The notes under the pieces are model-generated. The model had not been told where the DNA came from, ran no database searches, and saw nothing but the letters and a program-made list of their open reading frames with translations. 64,000 nucleotides of DNA from Eledone cirrhosa (Eukaryota), in assembly GCA_964016885.1 (NCBI GenBank), contig OZ024740.1, positions 1 through 64,000 on the forward strand, given 5' to 3'. Each line of letters starts with the position of its first letter. The first letter of the stretch is position 1. Of the stretch, positions 37,312-49,429 are shown piece by piece. Made by a program: the position numbers and the translations under genes.

Positions 37312-38136
37312 GTATATTTATTGATAATAACAACAATTCAAAATATCAGTTCAAAATTGACCAATGAAAACACAAAGGGTTAAAAGCAGTTTGGTGTGTG
37401 TATATACATGTAAAATCCTTACACATATTTTACAATAATGTGTGTATAATTTGTATGTGCATACTAAAAAGATGGATGCAAACACAAAATTTCAAGGTTA
37501 ATATCTCTGTAAGCTTAATGCGCTGATAAGATGCGCAATGATACTTATGGAGTCAAGCATATAAATATATTTTTTTCATACTCACACATATCAGTATAAT
37601 CACACATACATGCGCGTATATGCATAAATATACACATAACCACGAACATACAAACACACACACTCCCCCACTCACATTTATATATGTGGATATAAAATCA
37701 TAAGCAAATAGAAATTAAGTCACTCACATAAAACACTGGCACACACATTTCAAGATCAAGATACAGAAATTAGGTGGGAGGGGGGGGGAGGGGTCAGTAT
37801 TAGATTGTCAGAGCAGACTGCCTAATATAAATGTATCTATAAATTAAGAAAAATAAAAAAATAAAAACAATAAAATATAATAAATATAATATAATGTACA
37901 TACACATACAGATATACATACACATACATACATGTACGCGCACATAGAGATATTTACGCATACACACATACACACATACGTATACAGTCATACACACACA
38001 TACACTTACACGAACATACACATACACATATAAAAAGATATATATACACACACACACACACGCGCAACACATACACACATACACATATATATAAAAAATA
38101 GATAATAAAGATATATATCCATATATATATATATAT

Positions 38137-38199
<63 letters not shown>

Positions 38200-38288
38200 T
38201 ATACACATACATACCCATACATCTAAATATACATACACATACACACACACATACATGTATATACATGTACATACATATACGCACATCG

Positions 38289-38341
<53 letters not shown>

Positions 38342-38686
38342 CACTCACGTAGACATAAAGATACATACACACACAACTTACATACACACGCATATATATA
38401 TATATATATATATATATAGATGTACCTTCATACATAGAATTAGATATATAATCATACATACATATGCACCTACTTATACTCATATAAATAAATACATACG
38501 CTTCCATATATGTGTATACACATAAAAAACAATACCACCTCACCAAACTCAGACATACAAATGAAAATAATAATAAAAAAACGCATATGTATATACATAC
38601 ACACACGCATTAATAGAGACATATATATATACACACATACATACACACACATATATATACATACACACACATATACATACACATAC

Positions 38687-38743
<57 letters not shown>

Positions 38744-38750
38744 TAGACTC

Positions 38751-38781
<31 letters not shown>

Positions 38782-39063
38782 AACATATATATCCACACAC
38801 TCATACCACCATAAATACACATACAAACACCCACATGTATATATATATATATATATCCACATACACACACGTACACATATATATATATATACACATATAC
38901 ACATACATATATATATATACACACACATAAAAAACAGACATGCACATATACATATATATATATATATTTCATTACTCTTATATATACACATAGTATATAT
39001 ACATACACAACCTCACTTATACACATATACACATAAGTTATATTACAATAATAATAAAGAATA

Positions 39064-39102
<39 letters not shown>

Positions 39103-39245
39103 CATATATATATATATATACATACATACATACACATACATACATACACATAAATATATACATACATAAATACACACATACGAATAAAGACATATATTCA
39201 CACATAGACACCTATATACATATATATATATATATATATATCTAC

Positions 39246-39290
<45 letters not shown>

Positions 39291-41020
39291 CACACACACA
39301 CACACACACAGACACACTCACATATATATATATATATATATATATGTGTATGTGAGTGTGCGCACACACACATATATACACACACACATACAAACACACA
39401 CAAACACATACATATGCATACGTGCACACACACACACATATATCACATAGATACGAAGATAAACATATAAATAGAGAGACATACAAATATATACAACACA
39501 TATACACATACATACATACACGCTTATACATATACATACATATATACACATATATATATTCCTATATACAAGCATACACATACATATACATACATACATA
39601 TACATACACATATACATACCACACATTCACATACACATACATATATAATATACATATATATACATATATATACATACATATGTATGTACAATCATATATA
39701 CACACTCAATCTTACATTCATATTTACATGCTCATATATGTATTTTTATATTTAGAAATAAATACCAAAACCTATATAGACACCTACCTACATATACATT
39801 CATACATATACGCTTACAAATACAGATGATAATAGTATGGGGGAAAGGGGGGGTTTGGAGAAGGGGATCAAAGTAAATATATGTTTCAAGAAACATATAA
39901 TATTTTCCGTATCTTAATTCAATGTATGTTCTTACATATTTTCAGTGCTAAGAAATACGAAATCTATGCATCTCAAAATAAATAAGTATACCATTAATCA
40001 TATGTTAACTAAACCAAAGATAGTCAACATATTGATTTCTAAGGTGTAAATTAGTTAGGTTTATAATATTTGAAGCAGAATTATGAAGTCAAACAGTAGT
40101 ACATTATTAATTACATTATAACTAAATTAAAGTTAATAACGTTATGGTATCAATATTAGGAGATGAATTTAGTAATAGGGAAAAGAAACCCAAATAAAAA
40201 TAAAATAAAGTATTACATCGGTAGTAGCATATAAATTATATGTTAACTAAATTAAAAATTATATATTTATTTCAATAGTATACGTTAATTAGTATATGTT
40301 AATTAGGTATACAATACATAAAGCAGATATTGTATTTCATCAATAGCATAATATAATTATATGCAAATAAAAATCAAAATTAATACGCATACATATACAT
40401 ATACATACACATACACATATACATACATATACACACATATATATATATATATATACATATATATACACACATATACATATATACACACATAAATATACAT
40501 ACAGATACACATACACAACACACACATATACATATACATATACATATACATATCTTTTTCAAAAAATTGCACAGAATATATTAACTAGGTATATATCCAA
40601 AACACATCCCATTCTATGATTACATGACATTCTGCAATTCGTCTGTACAAGGATACTAATTTTAAGCAAATTAAAATTAAAGTTTTAGGTTGATTAAAAC
40701 TAAAACCAAATAATAAATATATTTCCAAAATGTATATTAATTAGGTCTATAATACTAAAAATTCTTTCTCCGTCATTGGATACATGATATTATTTTGTTA
40801 TATTTTATCTGTAAAAGAATTATAATAAAAAGGTTTAAATAAATTAAAATAAATTAAAGTTAATCTATAAATTAAATTACTGAGTATATATTAGTAATAT
40901 TTAAAGGTTTTTCAAAATTTATGATTACATAATATTTTCTCATCTATAATAAAATATTAATTAAATTAAATTTATAGGTTAACTAACATTTAAATTAAAT
41001 TAATTTCTAGAATAATGTTA

Positions 41021-42640
41021 TTAATTAGGTTTATAATATTTAAATGTTTTTTTTAGTTTATGATTACACGATATAATTAATTCCTGTCGTTTATTTAATA
41101 AGATATCCTTAGACTTCATTATTTCAAATAGTTCTTGGGAACATAATCTACATTCCTTTCTATTATTTTGATAAGGGGTGGCTCTTTTGAGCACACTCCA
41201 GGTCAAATCATATTTTATATTTTTATTTTTATAACTATTGATTTTTTCTGCTAGAGATGTTGTATTAGCCAGTGCGGCATTTTTAAAGCTATGTTTGTGG
41301 GTATTATATCTTGTCTTAAAATTGTTAGAGGTAGCTCCTATATATGAGCAAATAGAATCTTTAGTTTTAACATTACATTTATAGACTATGTTGTTAACAA
41401 GACAATTCCCTTTTAATGGGCAGTTTGTTTTGTTTCTACAGTTACATCCTTTCGTTAATTCTGTATTTGAGGAGATATTATTGTTAATTTGATGTACTGG
41501 TGGTATACTTATGGTTTTCTTACATTTATATGCATTATATGCACTTATATTTTGTTTTATGTTATTTGTTGTAGAGTATGAGAATTTAACTGTAGACCTA
41601 TTTAAGATTTGATGGTATTTGTGGTTTGGCGGGAAGTTTTTCTCAAGGATATAAAAAAATTTTTTAGCAATATTATCCTTAACTTGTAAATTAAAAGGAG
41701 CATTATACCAAGTAACTCGTCTATTACGGTTTCTATGTTGTTTATTATTTTTATTATTTTTATATGTTGTATCATGATTTTTACTAGGAGGATTAATGTT
41801 AATGATCTCACCACAACTATTTTTAGTTATATTTGTAGATTTAGGTGTTTTATCTTTTTTATTTGGAGTTTTATTATTAATATTTATTATAGTTGTATGA
41901 TGAGTAGTTTTTTGAGGGTTACTATACTTTATATTAGAAGATTTAGTATTTTGGGGTATACTGTGGGTGGCATTTAGGTGTGTACTTTTCATTTGGTGTT
42001 TGTTGGTAATATTATGCTGTATGCTTTCAGTATTTTTAGTAGAAGGTATATACTCTAATCTATTTTTGTGGCCACTTCTATCTAGAGCTTCATTATAAAA
42101 GGTCGCATTTTTATCAAATACATCTTGGTTAGAAGAAAGGTTAGAAATTCTAAGTGATATATTATATGCAAGGTTTTTAAGGATAGATTTAGGGTGATTA
42201 GATTGTGAGTGTATGTAATGTAAGTTTTGGTTAGGTTTATGGTAAGGTTGGTATATACCCGTAGCTAAATCTAAAGTTATATCTAGGAAATTTACTACTT
42301 TACTTGTTTTTTCAAAAGTAATATTAAGATTATAATAGTCTTTAAGGAAAGTTCTAATATGCTTTTTGTTTTTTTCGATTTCTGAAAGGCTAATGTTGTT
42401 AGAAAGAAGAAGACAGTCATCACGATATAAACCACCTTTGAGGTGGGGAAAAGAGGCATTTATGTTGAAAAGGAGAAAGAGGCCCACAAGATCAGTAATT
42501 TGGGCGGAATCGCTTGAACCCATAGTAATATCAAAAAGATTACTGTATGTGTTTCTGGTCCAGTATTCATTCTGAAATTCAATAAGTGTTTGTCTAGCAT
42601 GTGTAATAATGTTAATGTCATCCGAAGTTAAATTAGATCT
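41021..42640 (-). CDS. PLE RT (C-terminal half) + linker + C-terminal GIY-YIG endonuclease, 5'-truncated, left arm
   Basis: The frame stays open through the spacer: RSNLTSDDINIITHARQTLIEFQNEYWTRNTYSNLFDIT-MGSSDSAQ..LVGLFLL, GLYRDD, VNFLDITLDL, SNHP, then CNC..CPL.G.C..VY..YIGAT..FKTRY..H..C.LC..E..LLNKR.E. Confidence 0.9.
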   Translation of the reverse strand, partial: RSNLTSDDINIITHARQTLIEFQNEYWTRNTYSNLFDITMGSSDSAQITDLVGLFLLFNINASFPHLKGGLYRDDCLLLSNNISLSEIEKNKKHIRTFLKDYYNLNITFEKTSKVVNFLDITLDLATGIYQPYHKPNQNLHYIHSQSNHPKSILKNLAYNISLRISNLSSNQDVFDKNATFYNEALDRSGHKNRLEYIPSTKNTESIQHNITNKHQMKSTHLNATHSIPQNTKSSNIKYSNPQKTTHHTTIININNKTPNKKDKTPKSTNITKNSCGEIININPPSKNHDTTYKNNKNNKQHRNRNRRVTWYNAPFNLQVKDNIAKKFFYILEKNFPPNHKYHQILNRSTVKFSYSTTNNIKQNISAYNAYKCKKTISIPPVHQINNNISSNTELTKGCNCRNKTNCPLKGNCLVNNIVYKCNVKTKDSICSYIGATSNNFKTRYNTHKHSFKNAALANTTSLAEKINSYKNKNIKYDLTWSVLKRATPYQNNRKECRLCSQELFEIMKSKDILLNKRQELIISCNHKLKKTFKYYKPN

Positions 42641-42655
42641 ATTTTTGATATTACT

Positions 42656-44158
42656 ATGGGTTCAAGCGATTCCGCCCAAATTACTGATCTTGTGGGCCTC
42701 TTTCTCCTTTTCAACATAAATGCCTCTTTTCCCCACCTCAAAGGTGGTTTATATCGTGATGACTGTCTTCTTCTTTCTAACAATCTTAGCCTTTCAGAAA
42801 TCGAAAAAAACAAAAAGCATATTAGAACTTTCCTTAAAGACTATTATAATCTTAATATTACTTTTGAAAAAACAAGTAAAGTAGTAAATTTCCTAGATAT
42901 AACTTTAGATTTAGCTACGGGTATATACCAACCTTACCATAAACCTAACCAAAACTTACATTACATACACTCACAATCTAATCACCCTAAATCTATCCTT
43001 AAAAACCTTGCATATAATATATCACTTAGAATTTCTAACCTTTCTTCTAACCAAGATGTATTTGATAAAAATGCGACCTTTTATAATGAAGCTCTAGATA
43101 GAAGTGGCCACAAAAATAGATTAGAGTATATACCTTCTACTAAAAATACTGAAAGCATACAGCATAATATTACCAACAAACACCAAATGAAAAGTACACA
43201 CCTAAATGCCACCCACAATATACCCCAAAATACTAAATCTTCTAATATAAAGTATAGTAACCCTCAAAAAACTACTCATCATACAACTATAATAAATATT
43301 AATAATAAAACTCCTAATAAAAAAGATAAAACACCTAAATCTACAAATATAACTAAAAATAGTTGTGGTGAGATCATTAACATTAATCCTCCTAGTAAAA
43401 ATCATGATACAACATATAAAAATAATAAAAATAATAAACAACATAGAAACCGTAATAGACGAGTTACTTGGTATAATGCTCCTTTTAATTTACAAGTTAA
43501 GGATAATATTGCTAAAAAATTTTTTTATATCCTTGAGAAAAACTTCCCGCCAAACCACAAATACCATCAAATCTTAAATAGGTCTACAGTTAAATTCTCA
43601 TACTCTACAACAAATAACATAAAACAAAATATAAGTGCATATAATGCATATAAATGTAAGAAAACCATAAGTATACCACCAGTACATCAAATTAACAATA
43701 ATATCTCCTCAAATACAGAATTAACGAAAGGATGTAACTGTAGAAACAAAACAAACTGCCCATTAAAAGGGAATTGTCTTGTTAACAACATAGTCTATAA
43801 ATGTAATGTTAAAACTAAAGATTCTATTTGCTCATATATAGGAGCTACCTCTAACAATTTTAAGACAAGATATAATACCCACAAACATAGCTTTAAAAAT
43901 GCCGCACTGGCTAATACAACATCTCTAGCAGAAAAAATCAATAGTTATAAAAATAAAAATATAAAATATGATTTGACCTGGAGTGTGCTCAAAAGAGCCA
44001 CCCCTTATCAAAATAATAGAAAGGAATGTAGATTATGTTCCCAAGAACTATTTGAAATAATGAAGTCTAAGGATATCTTATTAAATAAACGACAGGAATT
44101 AATTATATCGTGTAATCATAAACTAAAAAAAACATTTAAATATTATAAACCTAATTAA
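42656..44158 (+). CDS. PLE RT (C-terminal half) + GIY-YIG endonuclease, 5'-truncated, right arm
   Basis: 500-aa ORF that differs from the left arm at 2 residues (NNLS/NNIS, THNI/THSI). The 'M' is internal to RT, not a true start. Confidence 0.9.
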   Translation: MGSSDSAQITDLVGLFLLFNINASFPHLKGGLYRDDCLLLSNNLSLSEIEKNKKHIRTFLKDYYNLNITFEKTSKVVNFLDITLDLATGIYQPYHKPNQNLHYIHSQSNHPKSILKNLAYNISLRISNLSSNQDVFDKNATFYNEALDRSGHKNRLEYIPSTKNTESIQHNITNKHQMKSTHLNATHNIPQNTKSSNIKYSNPQKTTHHTTIININNKTPNKKDKTPKSTNITKNSCGEIININPPSKNHDTTYKNNKNNKQHRNRNRRVTWYNAPFNLQVKDNIAKKFFYILEKNFPPNHKYHQILNRSTVKFSYSTTNNIKQNISAYNAYKCKKTISIPPVHQINNNISSNTELTKGCNCRNKTNCPLKGNCLVNNIVYKCNVKTKDSICSYIGATSNNFKTRYNTHKHSFKNAALANTTSLAEKINSYKNKNIKYDLTWSVLKRATPYQNNRKECRLCSQELFEIMKSKDILLNKRQELIISCNHKLKKTFKYYKPN

Positions 44159-45894
44159 TAACATTATTCTAGAAATTAATTTAATTTAAATGTTAGTTAA
44201 CCTATAAATTTAATTTAATTAATATTTTATTATAGATGAGAAAATATTATGTAATCATAAATTTTGAAAAACCTTTAAATATTACTAATATATACTCAGT
44301 AATTTAATTTATAGATTAACTTTAATTTATTTTAATTTATTTAAACCTTTTTATTATAATTCTTTTACAGATAAAATATAACAAAATAATATCATGTATC
44401 CAATGACGGAGAAAGAATTTTTAGTATTATAGACCTAATTAATATACATTTTGGAAATATATTTATTATTTGGTTTTAGTTTTAATCAACCTAAAACTTT
44501 AATTTTAATTTGCTTAAAATTAGTATCCTTGTACAGACGAATTGCAGAATGTCATGTAATCATAGAATGGGATGTGTTTTGGATATATACCTAGTTAATA
44601 TATTCTGTGCAATTTTTTGAAAAAGATATGTATATGTATATGTATATGTATATGTGTGTGTTGTGTATGTGTATCTGTATGTATATTTATGTGTGTATAT
44701 ATGTATATGTGTGTATATATATGTATATATATATATATATATGTGTGTATATGTATGTATATGTGTATGTGTATGTATATGTATATGTATGCGTATTAAT
44801 TTTGATTTTTATTTGCATATAATTATATTATGCTATTGATGAAATACAATATCTGCTTTATGTATTGTATACCTAATTAACATATACTAATTAACGTATA
44901 CTATTGAAATAAATATATAATTTTTAATTTAGTTAACATATAATTTATATGCTACTACCGATGTAATACTTTATTTTATTTTTATTTGGGTTTCTTTTCC
45001 CTATTACTAAATTCATCTCCTAATATTGATACCATAACGTTATTAACTTTAATTTAGTTATAATGTAATTAATAATGTACTACTGTTTGACTTCATAATT
45101 CTGCTTCAAATATTATAAACCTAACTAATTTACACCTTAGAAATCAATATGTTGACTATCTTTGGTTTAGTTAACATATGATTAATGGTATACTTATTTA
45201 TTTTGAGATGCATAGATTTCGTATTTCTTAGCACTGAAAATATGTAAGAACATACATTGAATTAAGATACGGAAAATATTATATGTTTCTTGAAACATAT
45301 ATTTACTTTGATCCCCTTCTCCAAACCCCCCCTTTCCCCCATACTATTATCATCTGTATTTGTAAGCGTATATGTATGAATGTATATGTAGGTAGGTGTC
45401 TATATAGGTTTTGGTATTTATTTCTAAATATAAAAATACATATATGAGCATGTAAATATGAATGTAAGATTGAGTGTGTATATATGATTGTACATACATA
45501 TGTATGTATATATATGTATATATATGTATATTATATATGTATGTGTATGTGAATGTGTGGTATGTATATGTGTATGTATATGTATGTATGTATATGTATG
45601 TGTATGCTTGTATATAGGAATATATATATGTGTATATATGTATGTATATGTATAAGCGTGTATGTATGTATGTGTATATGTGTTGTATATATTTGTATGT
45701 CTCTCTATTTATATGTTTATCTTCGTATCTATGTGATATATGTGTGTGTGTGTGCACGTATGCATATGTATGTGTTTGTGTGTGTTTGTATGTGTGTGTG
45801 TATATATGTGTGTGTGCGCACACTCACATACACATATATATATATATATATATATATGTGAGTGTGTCTGTGTGTGTGTGTGTGTGTGTATGTG

Positions 45895-45931
<37 letters not shown>

Positions 45932-46074
45932 GTAGATATATATATATATATATATATGTATATAGGTGTCTATGTGTGAATATATGTCTTTATTCGTATG
46001 TGTGTATTTATGTATGTATATATTTATGTGTATGTATGTATGTGTATGTATGTATGTATATATATATATATATG

Positions 46075-46113
<39 letters not shown>

Positions 46114-46395
46114 TATTCTTTATTATTATTGTAATATAACTTATGTGTATATGTGTATAAGTGAGGTTGTGTATGTATATATACTATGTGTATATATAAG
46201 AGTAATGAAATATATATATATATATGTATATGTGCATGTCTGTTTTTTATGTGTGTGTATATATATATATGTATGTGTATATGTGTATATATATATATAT
46301 GTGTACGTGTGTGTATGTGGATATATATATATATATATACATGTGGGTGTTTGTATGTGTATTTATGGTGGTATGAGTGTGTGGATATATATGTT

Positions 46396-46426
<31 letters not shown>

Positions 46427-46433
46427 GAGTCTA

Positions 46434-46484
<51 letters not shown>

Positions 46485-46829
46485 GTATGTGTATGTATAT
46501 GTGTGTGTATGTATATATATGTGTGTGTATGTATGTGTGTATATATATATGTCTCTATTAATGCGTGTGTGTATGTATATACATATGCGTTTTTTTATTA
46601 TTATTTTCATTTGTATGTCTGAGTTTGGTGAGGTGGTATTGTTTTTTATGTGTATACACATATATGGAAGCGTATGTATTTATTTATATGAGTATAAGTA
46701 GGTGCATATGTATGTATGATTATATATCTAATTCTATGTATGAAGGTACATCTATATATATATATATATATATATATATGCGTGTGTATGTAAGTTGTGT
46801 GTGTATGTATCTTTATGTCTACGTGAGTG

Positions 46830-46882
<53 letters not shown>

Positions 46883-46971
46883 CGATGTGCGTATATGTAT
46901 GTACATGTATATACATGTATGTGTGTGTGTATGTGTATGTATATTTAGATGTATGGGTATGTATGTGTATA

Positions 46972-47032
<61 letters not shown>

Positions 47033-47856
47033 ATATATATATATATATGGATATATATCTTTATTATCTATTTTTTATATATATGTGTATGTGTGTATGT
47101 GTTGCGCGTGTGTGTGTGTGTGTATATATATCTTTTTATATGTGTATGTGTATGTTCGTGTAAGTGTATGTGTGTGTATGACTGTATACGTATGTGTGTA
47201 TGTGTGTATGCGTAAATATCTCTATGTGCGCGTACATGTATGTATGTGTATGTATATCTGTATGTGTATGTACATTATATTATATTTATTATATTTTATT
47301 GTTTTTATTTTTTTATTTTTCTTAATTTATAGATACATTTATATTAGGCAGTCTGCTCTGACAATCTAATACTGACCCCTCCCCCCCCTCCCACCTAATT
47401 TCTGTATCTTGATCTTGAAATGTGTGTGCCAGTGTTTTATGTGAGTGACTTAATTTCTATTTGCTTATGATTTTATATCCACATATATAAATGTGAGTGG
47501 GGGAGTGTGTGTGTTTGTATGTTCGTGGTTATGTGTATATTTATGCATATACGCGCATGTATGTGTGATTATACTGATATGTGTGAGTATGAAAAAAATA
47601 TATTTATATGCTTGACTCCATAAGTATCATTGCGCATCTTATCAGCGCATTAAGCTTACAGAGATATTAACCTTGAAATTTTGTGTTTGCATCCATCTTT
47701 TTAGTATGCACATACAAATTATACACACATTATTGTAAAATATGTGTAAGGATTTTACATGTATATACACACACCAAACTGCTTTTAACCCTTTGTGTTT
47801 TCATTGGTCAATTTTGAACTGATATTTTGAATTGTTGTTATTATCAATAAATATAC

Positions 47857-48011
47857 TTCATTATTTCTGAAGACGGCGTATATATGTGTTAGGTATGTAT
47901 ATTTAATCTTGATAATTTGTATAATTTTGTATAATTTTGTACATAGATCTGTTGAATATGCATACCAATTATAACACATATATACCCTAGAAACGATCGT
48001 TAAATAGTGAA
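47857..48011 (+). ncRNA. Type I hammerhead ribozyme with ~116-nt stem II at the PLE 3' end
   Basis: Stem I TTCATTATTT/AAATAGTGAA (10 bp, one G-U), core CTGAAGA at 47867-47873, stem II GTATATATGTGTTA/TAACACATATATAC plus GGTATGTATATTTAA/TTGAATATGCATACC, then GAAA-CGATCG-TT. Predicted cut after 48001. Confidence 0.75.
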
Positions 48012-48066
48012 CTTTTTTTGTTTAATATAAGGAATTGTTTGTTCATTATTTGTTTAATATTTTATG

Positions 48067-48145
<79 letters not shown>

Positions 48146-48163
48146 GTGTATATATATATATGT

Positions 48164-48216
<53 letters not shown>

Positions 48217-48316
48217 TGTATATGTATATATATATATGTATATGTATATATATATATGTATATGTATATATATATGTATATGTATATATATATGTATATA
48301 TATGTATATATATATG

Positions 48317-48365
<49 letters not shown>

Positions 48366-48391
48366 TTATATATATATGTATATATATATAT

Positions 48392-49232
48392 AACTTTGAA
48401 ATGTTTTGGCCAGTATTGGCCCAGGCCATGTCTAACTTAATAGCACCACCTGGCGAAGTCTTTCAATTCAGGATTTGGGCACCATGGCCCATTCGAGAAG
48501 AGAATTACTGTTTGCGGAGACACATCCGGGTGTGGGTGGTTTGTCCGGGATTACTTGGAGGAATTTGTCCAAAGACTTCTTGAATTTTGTGTGGTCAGTT
48601 TCTGTTTTGACGTGTCCTGGTGTGATGTTGAAGAGAGCAGGGCCGATTGAGGTGAAATAATTGTGCCGTATTGTTGTTATGAGTTGCGATTTAGATTTTT
48701 GAATGGGACGGATAGCACGGGGCCCAAGCCTTGGGTGTATCTTGAAGGCGATGCCAACATCATTTGGGCAGTGATGATGGAACATTTTCCACATCATGTA
48801 GATAATATAACGCTCACGGCGACGTTGGAGAGAGTAAAGTTTCAGGTTTTCTAGTCGACCCCAGTAGTCAAGGTCTGACATGCCATCTATCTTTTTCGTG
48901 ATTGCCCTTTGAGGAGCTTCAAGTTTCATGATACTTTGTTTCGTGTGGGGAGACCACAGTGGACAACAGTATTCAAGGTGTGGTCGGGCAAAAGTAGAGA
49001 AGAGGAGGATAATGGTGTGGGAATCTCTCGACTGGAAGGTTCTGAGGATCCAGGAACACATTCTGCGGGCCATGTCAACTTTGCTGCTTATATGCGTGGC
49101 CCAGCTTATGTTGCTGTCCACGGTTACTCCCAAGTCTCTGATGTTGTTAGATGCCACGAGAGTTTCCCCGGAGGGAAGGGAGTACGGGAGTTTCAGAGCA
49201 TCCTTTTTTCCAAAGTGGATCAGTTCGAATTT
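48392..49232 (-). mobile_element. CR1/L2-group LINE 3' fragment
   Basis: KFELIHFG...[16 protein letters not shown]...[13 protein letters not shown]...[22 protein letters not shown], the typical CR1-like RT C-terminus. Confidence 0.85.
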
Positions 49233-49307
49233 GTATATATGTGTGTATGTATATGTATATATATATATGTATGTATATGTATATATATATATATATGTAT
49301 ATATGTA

Positions 49308-49348
<41 letters not shown>

Positions 49349-49429
49349 GTATATATATGTATATATATATATATGTATATATATGTATATATATATATAT
49401 GTATATATATGTATATATATGTATATATA

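Larger units (their letters stand above)
36972..48065. mobile_element. Penelope-like retroelement as a head-to-head palindrome (arms 37103-42537 and 42642-48065, 104-bp spacer)
   Basis: Mirror-image 500-aa ORFs, mirror microsatellite tails and mirror hammerheads. Both outer ends abut (TA)n. Confidence 0.93.

Noticed and set aside
41021-44158. Two divergent host genes sharing a bidirectional promoter
   Set aside because: The ATG is the internal RT 'MGS' motif and the spacer is itself RT coding sequence.
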